Notes: generated by a model not told the origin, from the letters alone. 64,000 nucleotides of DNA from an uncultured Bacteroidia bacterium (GCA_964517435.1 CAZFEC010000004.1:22608-86607); one strand, 5' to 3'. Counted from the stretch's first letter, positions 1-9,584 are shown. A program made the numbers and translations.

Positions 1-1
1 T

Positions 2-3000
2 CTGGCTATCGCCGCTTCCGCCGGCGCCGGCAAAACCCACCAGCTGGTAACGCGCTATATCGGACTCCTCCTGAACGGAGCCTCTCCCGCCGGTATCGTG
101 GCTCTGACCTTCTCGCGCAAAGCGGGCGGCGAGATCCTCGACAGCCTGGTTTCCCGGCTGGCCGGAGCGGCAGCACCGGAAGGCGGCGACAAGGCACTGG
201 CCGCTCTGGACGGGGATCTGCGTGGGGGGGGATACCTGCGCACCGGTGAGCAGCTGACCGTCGAGACGGCGGGAGAGCTGTTACGCACCGTGATACAATC
301 GCTGCACCTGGCGCGGATCGGCACCCTCGACAGTTTCTTCATCAGCATTCTCCGCGCCTTCCCCTTTGAATTCGATATCGGCGGCGATTTCGACATCATG
401 TCCGATTACGACGCCGACTGCGCGCGCCTGGAAGCGCTGATGCGCGTCTTCCTGGACGGTACCCCGGCGAGCGCCCGCCTGCTGTACACGCAATTCCGGC
501 AGGCGTTGTTCGGCCGGGATGAATTCAAAGTCTTCTCGCCGTTGAATGACTTCATCACCAAACGGTACGCGATCTTCCAGCTGGCACCGCGGCAGCGCTG
601 CTGGGGCGACGCCGCGGCGATCTGGCCGGAACGAAGCCCCTGGCCCGCCGTGAGCGTGGAGGAAGCAGCCGCCGCCGCGGATCGCTTGCGGCGGTTGCCG
701 GCGGATAAGCAACTGAAGGACGACAACCGCCTCAAATGGGAAGAGTTCCTGGCGGCGGCGGTCGCGCATCAGACCGGCGGGACCGTCGGCAAAGCGTTGG
801 AGTACTTCCTGAAAAAGCTGCTGCCCCGGCAGGCGGAACTCCGCGCCGGCGGACTGGAGCTGAATACTTTCAGGCAGAAATACACGTTGGCGGAGGAGGA
901 GTGCGAAGCCCTGCAGGTGCTGCTCAACCGGGTCTGTCACAACGTGGTCAGCGGAGTGTTGCGGCAGACGCAGGGCACTCACGCCCTGCTGCAGGCGTAC
1001 GAAGCCAGCTACGACCAACTGGTGCGCCGGCAGGGACGTCTCACGTTCCAGGATGTGCTCTATCTCCTCAATCCCGGCGACTCCGGCGCGGAACCGTACT
1101 CCACCGACCGGCTCAACCTCGACTACCGGCTCGACGCCATGCTCAATCACTGGCTGCTGGACGAGTTTCAGGATACCAGCACCTCCCAGTGGCTTCCCCT
1201 CGCCAACCTGATCGACGAAGTGCTGCAGGACAGCGAAGGGGGGCGTTCGCTCTTCTACGTCGGCGATGTCAAGCAGGCCATCTACAACTGGCGCGGCGGA
1301 AATTCCGAGCTGTTCAGCCAGGTTCTGGAGCGCTATAACGCCGCAACCACCCGCATTGAGCAACTGCCGCTGAGCAAATCCTGGCGTTCCTCACAGCCGG
1401 TCATTGATGCGGTCAACCAGGTTTTCCGGAATCTGCCCGGCGCGCAGGGACTGCCGCGGGCCGCCGTGCAGCGCTGGGAGCAGGCCTGGGCGGAACATTC
1501 CACCGAGCGTGAGGATTACCCCGGCTGCGTCGAACTGCACGTGGTACCCGCCCCCGCGCGGGGCGGTAAAGCCCAGGCCGGTTGCTTTGCGACCACCTTG
1601 CACCTGCTGCGCGAAATCGATCCCGGAAGGCGCGGCCTCGACTGCGCGGTGCTGGTGCGCCGCAATGAGACCGGCCGGCAGTTGGTGGACTTCCTGCGCG
1701 AGGCGGGACTGCCCGCGGTGTGGGAGGGGGAACAGCCGGTCGTCGAGAGTCTGCTGGTCTTGGCGTTTCGATCGCTGATCAAGGCCGCCTTTTTCGCGGA
1801 AGACACGCTCGCCTGGGAGTACCTCCGGATGACGCCGTTTGGTACGATCCTGCAACAGCGCTACGGGGGAAAGCGGAGCGAGGCGGCTGCGGCTGTACGG
1901 CGGCTGGTGGCCCGAACCGGCTATGCCGGGTTGATCCTGACCTGGCGGGATTGGCTAGAAGAGGGGACCGCCTGGGGCCGGGCGGAGGCGACCCAGGCCG
2001 GGGCGTTGCTGGAAGCGGCACTCGAGTTCGACCGCTCCGAAGCGAGCGGTCCTCTCGACTTCATAAAGTATACTGACCAGTACCGCAGCCGCACCCCCGG
2101 GGCGGGCGAGGCGATTCGGGTAACCACCCTGCATCAGGCCAAAGGACTGCAATACGACCTGGTGGTGCTGCCGGAGCTGCATCAGGATATCCGTGACAAG
2201 GATACGATTCTGGTCGGGACCGATCCCGCCACTCCCCTGCAACCGGATTGGGTGCTGATCAAACCGCAGTCTGATATCGCCGCCGCCGATCCGGTACTCG
2301 CCCTTCAACTGGACCGGCTGCAGGTCGAGCGGTGGTATGAGCAGCTCTGCCTGCTCTACGTAGGCATGACCAGGGCAGTATACGGTCTCTACCTGGTGGT
2401 CCCCGCGCGCGGCCCCTCGTCCAAAGCCGCCCGTCTCTCAACGGTGCTGCTGGACACGCTGGCCGCTGCACCCTCCGGCGAGGAGGCTGCTACTCTAGCC
2501 TGGCGCACCGGCGATCCAGACTGGTACAAGCAGGAACTCCCCCAACCGACACCGCGCCCGCCGGCAGCGGAGCAGTGGGAACTCAACTTCGAGACCACCG
2601 GGACGCCGCATCGTCTGGAACGTATCACACCGGCCGGAACCGTGATCTTTGAACAGGAAGCCGCTTCTCTCTTCCGGGCGGAGACGGGCAGAGCGGTGCA
2701 AACCGGTGCCGCGCTGCATGATCTGCTGGAGCAGGTCGATTGGCTGGATGCCTGTGATACAAAAGCGATCTGCGCGGAGTGGCGCCGTCACTCCGGTCTG
2801 CCGGACGAACTGGCGGCGGAGGTGGAGGCACATTTCGAAAACCTGATCTCAACGCCGGCCGCCAGGCAGCTGCTGTCGCATCCTGCGCCGGGAACGGAGT
2901 TGTGGCGGGAATGGAGTTTCGAGCTCGCGCACGATCACGAGTGGATTTCGGGGCGTTTTGACCGGGTGACGCTCGAGTGTGATACAAACGGCGACCCGGT

Positions 3001-3193
3001 CTCCGCCACGATCATCGACTACAAATCCAACCGGGTTGAGACCGCCGCTGAACGCGAACAGCTGCTGGAAACCTACCGGTCACAGATGCAGCTGTACAGG
3101 AGAGCTTTGCAGCAGCTGACCGGACTGCCGCCGGAGCGGATAGAGTTGATTATCCTGCTGACTGCGAGCGGGGAAATCGTAAAGGTAAACTAA
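2..3193 (+). CDS. UvrD/AddA-like ATP-dependent helicase with C-terminal PD-(D/E)XK (RecB-type) nuclease domain; 5' end lies outside window
   Basis: Reading frame open from nt 2. Walker A 'AGAGKTHQL' sits at the start of the visible part. UvrD-type helicase motifs are present. A C-terminal 'IIDYKS' nuclease-like motif is present. 1031+ aa. Confidence 0.8.
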   Translation: MAIAASAGAGKTHQLVTRYIGLLLNGASPAGIVALTFSRKAGGEILDSLVSRLAGAAAPEGGDKALAALDGDLRGGGYLRTGEQLTVETAGELLRTVIQSLHLARIGTLDSFFISILRAFPFEFDIGGDFDIMSDYDADCARLEALMRVFLDGTPASARLLYTQFRQALFGRDEFKVFSPLNDFITKRYAIFQLAPRQRCWGDAAAIWPERSPWPAVSVEEAAAAADRLRRLPADKQLKDDNRLKWEEFLAAAVAHQTGGTVGKALEYFLKKLLPRQAELRAGGLELNTFRQKYTLAEEECEALQVLLNRVCHNVVSGVLRQTQGTHALLQAYEASYDQLVRRQGRLTFQDVLYLLNPGDSGAEPYSTDRLNLDYRLDAMLNHWLLDEFQDTSTSQWLPLANLIDEVLQDSEGGRSLFYVGDVKQAIYNWRGGNSELFSQVLERYNAATTRIEQLPLSKSWRSSQPVIDAVNQVFRNLPGAQGLPRAAVQRWEQAWAEHSTEREDYPGCVELHVVPAPARGGKAQAGCFATTLHLLREIDPGRRGLDCAVLVRRNETGRQLVDFLREAGLPAVWEGEQPVVESLLVLAFRSLIKAAFFAEDTLAWEYLRMTPFGTILQQRYGGKRSEAAAAVRRLVARTGYAGLILTWRDWLEEGTAWGRAEATQAGALLEAALEFDRSEASGPLDFIKYTDQYRSRTPGAGEAIRVTTLHQAKGLQYDLVVLPELHQDIRDKDTILVGTDPATPLQPDWVLIKPQSDIAAADPVLALQLDRLQVERWYEQLCLLYVGMTRAVYGLYLVVPARGPSSKAARLSTVLLDTLAAAPSGEEAATLAWRTGDPDWYKQELPQPTPRPPAAEQWELNFETTGTPHRLERITPAGTVIFEQEAASLFRAETGRAVQTGAALHDLLEQVDWLDACDTKAICAEWRRHSGLPDELAAEVEAHFENLISTPAARQLLSHPAPGTELWREWSFELAHDHEWISGRFDRVTLECDTNGDPVSATIIDYKSNRVETAAEREQLLETYRSQMQLYRRALQQLTGLPPERIELIILLTASGEIVKVN

Positions 3194-3210
3194 GACGTTT
3201 GCGGACGTGC

Positions 3211-4584
3211 TCAGTCGAAGTGGAAGTACTGAGCCAGGTTGTAGTCGAATCCTTTTGGCAGATACTCGCCGGTATCATGGTGCAGATCGTATTTCAGGTT
3301 GATCTCGCGCCGGCTCAAAGCCTGGACGGCCGCCACCGCCCGTTCTATCTCCCCGACGGTGTTGTACAATCCCAGACTGAAGCGCACCAGGCCGGGCCGG
3401 TGGGTCAGATCTCCGTCGAGTATCCGCTGGGTGAAGGCCGCCACCGTTCGCTCGTTTACATCCATCACCTTGATGATGTAGGGGTGGGCGCAGAAGCAGC
3501 CGCCGCGGGTGCCGATGCCGTGCTCGAATTCCAGAACGGCGTTGACCAGCTCGTGCGGCAGATCCTCAATCATGAGTGAGATGACTCCCAGGCGGTTGGG
3601 GGGATCCCAACCGGCGGGTTGCCCGAAGATCCGCACTTCCGGTATCTGCTCCAGTTCACTCAGGAACAGCTGCGTCAACGCTTCTTCGCTCGTTTCCAGC
3701 GTGTCGAAACCGATTTCGAGTAGTGTCTTGGCCGCTTGCGCGAGGGCGATCGCACCGATGACGTTGGGGGTACCGGCCTCCAGCCGTTCCGGAGGCGGCG
3801 CCCACATTACCCGGTCTGTCGTGACCACCTCGACGCAACCGCCTCCTTCGATCAGCGGCGCCCGGGTGGTGAAGAAGTCGTGCGGGCCCACCAGCACGCC
3901 GCTGCCGTAGGGCGCGTACATCTTGTGGCCTGAGATCGAAATGAAATCGATCCCGCTGGCGGACATATCGATCGCCTTGTGGGGCGCCAGCTGTGCCGCG
4001 TCGAGGTGGAGCAGCGTATCGTAACCATGCACGATTTCAGCGATATGATCGTAGTCCGGTACCGTACCGGTGATGTTGGAAGCGCCGGTGACGGAAACCA
4101 GTTTGACGGCGGCGCCTTCCTGCGCCAACAGCCGTTCCAGGAAATCGAGATCGAAGGTGCCGTAGCTGTCCACCGGAATCCGGACCACCTCGGCGATATC
4201 ACGCCAGGGCAGGTCGTTGGCGTGATGCTCAGCCTCCGTGATGACCACTTTGTCCCCGGGCAGCTCCTGGGCGTAGTGCGCCAGCATGTTGATCGATTCG
4301 GTCGCGTTGCGGGTGAAGGCTACTATGGCATTGTCGGGAGCGCCGAGAAAGCCGCGAATGATCTCCCGCGCTTCCTCGAAAATGTGGGTGGCGAGGCGTG
4401 ATTTAAAACCGGAACCGCGATGAATACTGGCATAGTGGGGAATGAACTCCTCCAGCTTCGCCTGCACCGACTTCAACGCCGGTGTCGAAGCGCCGTTGTC
4501 GAGGTAGACATACGGCACCCGGCGGCCATCGGGCAGCGTAACGGTGCTGCCGTTGCCGACCACAATACTGCTCAGATCCTGCAA
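3211..4584 (-). CDS. Aminotransferase class V / cysteine desulfurase-like PLP enzyme
   Basis: 457 aa. A 'SGHKMYAPYGSGVL' PLP-lysine region is typical of the SufS/CsdA fold. Confidence 0.75.
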   Translation of the reverse strand: MQDLSSIVVGNGSTVTLPDGRRVPYVYLDNGASTPALKSVQAKLEEFIPHYASIHRGSGFKSRLATHIFEEAREIIRGFLGAPDNAIVAFTRNATESINMLAHYAQELPGDKVVITEAEHHANDLPWRDIAEVVRIPVDSYGTFDLDFLERLLAQEGAAVKLVSVTGASNITGTVPDYDHIAEIVHGYDTLLHLDAAQLAPHKAIDMSASGIDFISISGHKMYAPYGSGVLVGPHDFFTTRAPLIEGGGCVEVVTTDRVMWAPPPERLEAGTPNVIGAIALAQAAKTLLEIGFDTLETSEEALTQLFLSELEQIPEVRIFGQPAGWDPPNRLGVISLMIEDLPHELVNAVLEFEHGIGTRGGCFCAHPYIIKVMDVNERTVAAFTQRILDGDLTHRPGLVRFSLGLYNTVGEIERAVAAVQALSRREINLKYDLHHDTGEYLPKGFDYNLAQYFHFD

Positions 4585-5771
4585 GATTCTTCCTGACTGT
4601 TATCCCTTTTGACTCTCTGTGCACGGGTGTGGAACCGCCGCATCTCCGCCAGCAGGCGGTCGTTCTCCTCCGGGAGACCGATGGTGATACGCAGGCACTG
4701 CGGCAGGCCGAATGCCTGCAGGGGGCGCAGAATGATTCCCTGATGCAACATGTAATCATTCAGCCGTTCCATGGCGGTTTCGTCGCGGCAGACCAGGGTC
4801 ACAAAGTTGGCGGCGCTGTCCAGAATCTCCAGATCCAGCAGGCGCAACTCCCGTGATACCCGTACTATTTCGGTGCTGTTATTGTCGAGTACGCGCCGCA
4901 GGAAGTCGGTGTCGTCCAGTGCGGCTATGGCAGCGGCTTGAGCCGGAATGCTCGGTTCGAAAGGCAACTTGACTTTCATCAGACTGGCGATCAGCGACTC
5001 CTCCGCGAAGCCGTAACCAACGCGCAGCCCGGCCAGACCGTACGCCTTGGAGAAGGTACGCAGGGTGATGACATTGTCGTAGCGGTAAAGCAACGAATCG
5101 GAATAGTCCGGTTTGACGTCGGCGTATTCGAAGTAGGCTTCGTCCAGGATCACCAGCACATTCTCCGGTATCCGTGCGTAGAAAGTGTCGAACTCCTCGC
5201 CACTGAACCAGGAGCCGGTCGGATTGTTGGGATTGGCCAGGTAGATGATCTTGGTGCGGGGATTGATGGCGGCGGCAATCGCCTCCAGGTCATAGCGATA
5301 GTCGCGCAGCGGTATCTGGCGCAGCTTGACGCCACGCGAGTTGACCAGCACGTAGATGCCGATGAAGGAGCCGGCCGAGGTCAGCACCTCTTCGTCGTCG
5401 AAGAGAAAAGTCCGTATAATATTGGCCATGATCCCTTCGGATCCGCTGCCGATGATGACATTATCCGGCTCGACCTGAAAGCGTTCAGCCAGTTTGCGCC
5501 GCAGCTTGTAGCCGCCGATCTCGGGATAGCGGTGCGCCTCCGTCAACGACTCGCAGGCTGCTTTGACAGCCGCTTGCGAAGGCCCCAGCGGATTTTCGTT
5601 GGAAGCGAGTTTGATGATATTATCGAGCCCCAGTTCCCGGCGTACTTCGTCGATCGGTTTCCCCGGTCGGTAGGGAATCAGGTCGGATATGTTCTGCGGT
5701 GTCAGCGGTCTCAGGCTTTCCCCCAGGTTACGTTTTGGCGAAAAGTTAGGGTCTGGACCGGAAAGTTCCAA
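4572..5771 (-). CDS. hisC: Histidinol-phosphate aminotransferase
   Basis: Contains the 'LASNENPLGPS' and 'LIPYRPG' signature regions. 399 aa. Confidence 0.85.
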   Translation of the reverse strand: MELSGPDPNFSPKRNLGESLRPLTPQNISDLIPYRPGKPIDEVRRELGLDNIIKLASNENPLGPSQAAVKAACESLTEAHRYPEIGGYKLRRKLAERFQVEPDNVIIGSGSEGIMANIIRTFLFDDEEVLTSAGSFIGIYVLVNSRGVKLRQIPLRDYRYDLEAIAAAINPRTKIIYLANPNNPTGSWFSGEEFDTFYARIPENVLVILDEAYFEYADVKPDYSDSLLYRYDNVITLRTFSKAYGLAGLRVGYGFAEESLIASLMKVKLPFEPSIPAQAAAIAALDDTDFLRRVLDNNSTEIVRVSRELRLLDLEILDSAANFVTLVCRDETAMERLNDYMLHQGIILRPLQAFGLPQCLRITIGLPEENDRLLAEMRRFHTRAQRVKRDNSQEESCRI

Positions 5772-5796
5772 CTCACTCCTGTGCGGCGGTGATGAT

Positions 5797-5828
5797 AAAA
5801 AAACCCGGAAGGAGGGATCTCTTCCGGG
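5797..5828 (-). terminator. Intrinsic-terminator-like hairpin (CCCGGAAG-loop-CTTCCGGG followed by a T7 run on the − strand)
   Basis: An 8-bp GC stem plus a U-tract read on the − strand. It lies only about 25 nt upstream of the hisC start, so it may be leaky or act as an attenuator. Confidence 0.5.
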
Positions 5829-6043
5829 TGCGGCTAATTGAAAGACGAACTCCTACACAGCCAGAGTCCATCGAAGAGGGATAGTCCTTTATGGTTCACA
5901 CTGCCGCGGATGACTGGACTACTCCACCCGGGCAGCCATTACCTCCCGTGATATCCCGGTTGCACCGGACCGCTACCGCCGCGGCCGGTACCGGGGAGCG
6001 TGCCGGGGACGAACCCCGGCCGCTCCTCGTCCCGGAGTCAGGC

Positions 6044-6169
6044 TTAAATCAGAACCAGCAGGAGTAGAAACAACAGGAACAACGGTGACGACATGATGAG
6101 CATTGGAATGCTGACCCACTTCGTCTCGGTCCAGGCGCGCCTACGGTTTACTAACGTTGTCGCGCTCAT
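6044..6169 (-). CDS. Unannotated 41-aa small membrane peptide (MSATTLVNRRRAWTETKWVSIPMLIMSSPLFLLFLLLLVLI)
   Basis: An ATG is preceded by GAGAGGAGG with a 4–5 nt spacer. The N-terminus is basic and the C-terminus is a transmembrane helix. A TAA stop follows. It was too short for the ORF track. Confidence 0.4.
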   Translation of the reverse strand: MSATTLVNRRRAWTETKWVSIPMLIMSSPLFLLFLLLLVLI

Positions 6170-6793
6170 GTTGCCTCCTCTCTACCGTTGCTGATAGTGG
6201 TGAGAGTGATACCACCCTCCCCTGGCAGCTGGTCGCGTCGGCCCGTTCGTCCAGGTAGCATAGACCAAGTCCTTCTGTCGCTGCCAAACAGTTGGATTTG
6301 GCGGAAAGTGATGGCATACTGGCCTTGCATGCGGACGGTGTCGTGAGGGGAGGGTCGGTCTCTGGTTTCCTTCCTGTCCAGAAGGCCTTCCAATTCGGAA
6401 GGATGTGTCAGGTACCCACAGTACCGGAAGCACCGTTGATCATACCATTTTGATTTTAACCGTGTGCTGAATCATACCGTACAGAAAAAATCATTTTCGT
6501 CAGTAAAATCACTTCCAAAATATATCAAGCAAAGAGCGTGCCATATCGAATATGTAATATTATATTATTAACATAGGGAATATAAGACAACATCTGCAAA
6601 TATGCTGAAGCAGGAATCGAGGGCTATAATCGCGGAAACTGTTCAACGGTGCCAAATTCTGACCAAAGAGTGCCAGATGCTGATTGACAACTGGAAACCT
6701 CAAAAACAGTTGCAGGATCACCGGCGGGAATCTACATTTTGAGTTATGCTCATTCAGAATGTCTATCTTCAAAGGTACGGCGAGCATAACTTC

Positions 6794-6852
6794 ATAGTAT
6801 TTCCCGAAATACTATTATACTGGTAGGGCAGTTTAACTGGGAAATACTATAT
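6794..6852. promoter_or_regulatory. Inverted-repeat element ATAGTATTTCCC|GAAATACTAT plus a distal GGGAAATACTATA half-site (locus A of a 3-locus family)
   Basis: A perfect 10-bp inverted repeat with a 2-nt spacer. A second right half sits about 33 nt downstream. The element lies in the AT-rich region about 200 nt upstream of trxA. Confidence 0.5.
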
Positions 6853-7044
6853 CGCTTCAGAGGGGTTGAGATAAGGCACATCCAGTGTAATCCGCTATCT
6901 ACCCGGTTTTGCTTCGCTCTGATTGATACCGGGCGGCCCTCGTCCATCCTTGAAACCGCGCGAGGTGCGGAGTGATTTCACTCCGTATCGCTTCAGGTCT
7001 GCGCGTCGGCGGGCAATATCGATCGATAATAACTGGAGGGGGAA

Positions 7045-7365
7045 ATGAACGATATAACGGAAAGCACTTTCGCCGCGGAGGTACTGGAAGCCGGGCAACC
7101 GGTCCTGGTCGATTTCTGGGCGCCCTGGTGCGCTCCCTGCAAGGCAATGGCGCCCGTCCTGAAAGAAATCGCTGCCCACTTTGGCAAGCGGCTTAAAATC
7201 TGCAAACTCAACACGGATGAAAGCATGCAGATACCGGCGCAATACGGTATCCGCGGCATACCCACCCTGATCCTGTTCAAAGAGGGTGAAGTTATGGAGA
7301 GGATTGTCGGCGTTCGCCCCCGCCAATTCCTGGAAGAAACTATAGAGCAATACCTGGAGGAATGA
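7045..7365 (+). CDS. trxA: Thioredoxin
   Basis: 106 aa with a 'WAPWCAPCK' active site. Confidence 0.9.
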   Translation: MNDITESTFAAEVLEAGQPVLVDFWAPWCAPCKAMAPVLKEIAAHFGKRLKICKLNTDESMQIPAQYGIRGIPTLILFKEGEVMERIVGVRPRQFLEETIEQYLEE

Positions 7366-7721
7366 TGGGGCTGTTCAGTAAACTCTTCAACAAGGGTCAG
7401 CGGCCGGAGGAACTGGACGATTCCACGATCGACGCGGCAATCGCGGCCACGCATGAAAAACCGCTGCTGCTGCAATTCTTCTCCGATACCTGTCCCCCCT
7501 GCCGGGTGATGTCCGGTGTCGTGCGCGAACTCCAGCAACAGATGCCGGATAAGATCACCGTCGCCAGGGCGAATGTCTCCTATTCGGTGGAACACGCCGG
7601 CCGCTTCGCCATCCAGTCGGTCCCCACGGTCCTGATCTTCCGGCAGGGCAGGATGGTGAACCGCATCACCGGCCTGTTGCCGCTGGATCAATTGAAAGCG
7701 CGCGTCCAGGCGTACGTTTAA
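7362..7721 (+). CDS. Thioredoxin-family protein (CPPC active site)
   Basis: 119 aa with an 'FFSDTCPPCRVM' motif. Its start overlaps the trxA stop (ATGA). Confidence 0.7.
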   Translation: MMGLFSKLFNKGQRPEELDDSTIDAAIAATHEKPLLLQFFSDTCPPCRVMSGVVRELQQQMPDKITVARANVSYSVEHAGRFAIQSVPTVLIFRQGRMVNRITGLLPLDQLKARVQAYV

Positions 7722-7735
7722 CCTTAAGATAGCTG

Positions 7736-9073
7736 ATGTCAGGTTCTGTTTCGAAAGCTCCCGTGATCGTAATCGGCGCTTCGGCGGCGGGAATGGCTGC
7801 GGCGGTGGCGGCCAGACGTGCCGCGCCGGAACAGGAGATCATCCTCCTGGAACGCCTGCCGTACTATGCTTTCGCCAGCTGCGGACTGCCGGAAGTCATC
7901 AGCGGGCGTTTGAACGACATCAGCCCTCTCCTCCAACGCGATCCCTCACAACTGGGTGCCCGCTATGGACTCACCGTGCTGCTGCGGCACGAAGCGGTGC
8001 GGATCCAGCCGGGTCGACGCCGGGTCACCGTTCGCAATCTGGCGCGCGGCACGGAGGAGGAATTTGAATACGCGACGCTGATCCTCGCCACCGGCGCCCG
8101 TCCCGCAGTCCCGGAGCGCGCCGGTTTCCATATCCTCCGCTATCCGCATGAGCTGGAACCATTGCTGCCGCAGCTGCGCGATGACAGTTGCTCCCGGGTG
8201 CATGTCTCGGGCGGCGGCGCGCTGGGATTGACCCTGGTGGATGCCCTGCTGCGCCTGGGCAGGGAGGTGCACCTCTACGCGCGGGATGGGCTCCTGACCG
8301 ATTTCCCGCCGGAGATAACCCTGCCGTTGACGGCGCAGCTGGTGGAACGGGGAGTGATTCTGGAGCAGCGTCAACCCGCTCCCCCCGGCACGGGCGGCGA
8401 ACTGACCCTGCTGGCGCACGGCATTCAACCCTATCTGCCGGCCGGCCTGCAGGTCAATCCCGGCTGGCGGCAGGGAGTGCCAGTCGATCAGCAGTGTCGC
8501 ACCGAGGTGGCTTCCATTCTGGCCTGCGGCGAATGCACCCTCAGGCGGGAAGGGGGGCGGCTGACGCGCTGGACGAGCGGCGCGGCGGCGGCCAACCGCC
8601 AGGGCAAAGTTGCCGGTCGTAACGCGGTGGGAGGCAACGAACACTATCACGGTGTTCACGCCGTTCTGATCACCGTAGCCGGCTGGCAGATCGGACGGGC
8701 CGGTCTTTCCCTGCCCCGGCTCAAGCAGCTGTCGCGGCGACCGGCCACGGTCAGCGGCAGTTTCCGCCTTCGACCGGCCTGGCTAGATGAACGCGAGCTG
8801 TTTATGCGTTTGGATTTTGAACCGATTTCCGGTAAACTGCTGTCGTGCCACGCTTTTGGCCAAAGCGGAGTGCCGGAACGTATCAACCAGATGGCGGGCT
8901 GGCTGCAGGCGGGCGTGTCGCTTCACCAGTTGCACAACCTGGTCCACGCCTATCATCCGGAGTTTTCCGCCCTGACCGATCCCCTGGCCGCCCTGCTGGC
9001 GAAAGCGGACCAGGTAGCACGCCGAGGACGCGAACAGTTGACAACAGTGCCGAGGAATGGTCATGAAAGATAA
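7736..9073 (+). CDS. FAD-dependent pyridine nucleotide-disulfide oxidoreductase (CoA-disulfide reductase / NADH oxidase family)
   Basis: An N-terminal 'VIVIGASAAGMAAA' FAD-binding region. A single redox Cys sits in 'FASCGLP'. 445 aa. Confidence 0.75.
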   Translation: MSGSVSKAPVIVIGASAAGMAAAVAARRAAPEQEIILLERLPYYAFASCGLPEVISGRLNDISPLLQRDPSQLGARYGLTVLLRHEAVRIQPGRRRVTVRNLARGTEEEFEYATLILATGARPAVPERAGFHILRYPHELEPLLPQLRDDSCSRVHVSGGGALGLTLVDALLRLGREVHLYARDGLLTDFPPEITLPLTAQLVERGVILEQRQPAPPGTGGELTLLAHGIQPYLPAGLQVNPGWRQGVPVDQQCRTEVASILACGECTLRREGGRLTRWTSGAAAANRQGKVAGRNAVGGNEHYHGVHAVLITVAGWQIGRAGLSLPRLKQLSRRPATVSGSFRLRPAWLDERELFMRLDFEPISGKLLSCHAFGQSGVPERINQMAGWLQAGVSLHQLHNLVHAYHPEFSALTDPLAALLAKADQVARRGREQLTTVPRNGHER

Positions 9074-9485
9074 ACTGCACGCCATCCAATCCGCTTCCCG
9101 CCTGACCGGAGTGCCGATCGAAGAGATCCGCGACTACGAGAAGGAGGGACTGCTGATACCCCATGTCGCGGCTTCCGGCCGGCGCTGGTTTACCGACAAC
9201 GATCTGCAGAAGATCCGCAGCATTCGGGAACTGCTCCGCCGCGGTAAAACCTTCAATGACATCCTGCGCCTGGCCGCGCTGATTCCCTGCTGGAGTTTTC
9301 CCAAATGTCACCAGCGCGACAAGATCCAGGCTGCCTGCGAGGCGAAGCAGGACTTTCTGCAGCCCTGCTGGATCCTGACCAAGGAACAGCACAACCCGGA
9401 CCAGGAATGCCGTCTCTGTGAAGTCTACCAGCGCATTGAAGACTTCGCGGACCTCAATACCCTGCTGCCGCCGAGCAGCATCTAG
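9057..9485 (+). CDS. MerR-family transcriptional regulator with Cys-rich C-terminal domain
   Basis: An N-terminal HTH 'LTGVPIEEIRDYEKEGLLIP'. The C-terminal half carries about 8 Cys (CW, KCH, AAC, QPC, ECRLC). Confidence 0.6.
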   Translation: MVMKDKLHAIQSASRLTGVPIEEIRDYEKEGLLIPHVAASGRRWFTDNDLQKIRSIRELLRRGKTFNDILRLAALIPCWSFPKCHQRDKIQAACEAKQDFLQPCWILTKEQHNPDQECRLCEVYQRIEDFADLNTLLPPSSI

Positions 9486-9584
9486 CCCGACCACCCCCCC
9501 GCAACCAGCGTTGTCCCGGTGCGGGGGAGCGTTGACTTTCGCCCGCCGCCAAAGTAGGTTATGGTCAAACTCAAGTAGGATGAG

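Noticed and set aside
5990-6025. tRNA/tmRNA-like T-arm 'CCGGGGTTCGTCCCCGG' on the − strand
   Set aside because: The loop does not fit the T-loop consensus (no purine-A at positions 4–5). No acceptor or anticodon arms could be built. Treated as an ordinary GC hairpin.
6166-6433. 75- and 83-aa − strand ORFs in the intergenic region
   Set aside because: There is no SD, and the proteins are low-complexity Arg/Pro-rich. They overlap the better-supported 41-aa ORF region and GC-rich structured DNA.
6395-6440. SRP-RNA-like 'GTCAGGTACC…CCGGAAGCAC' segment
   Set aside because: It only superficially resembles the 4.5S domain IV 'GUCAGGUCCGGAAGGAAGCAGC'. The helix and tetraloop are not preserved.
6993-7691. 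232-aa − strand ORF (and 6895..7350) overlapping trxA and the trx-like gene
   Set aside because: It lies antisense to two well-supported thioredoxin genes and has no recognisable motifs. Long spurious antisense ORFs are expected in high-GC DNA.
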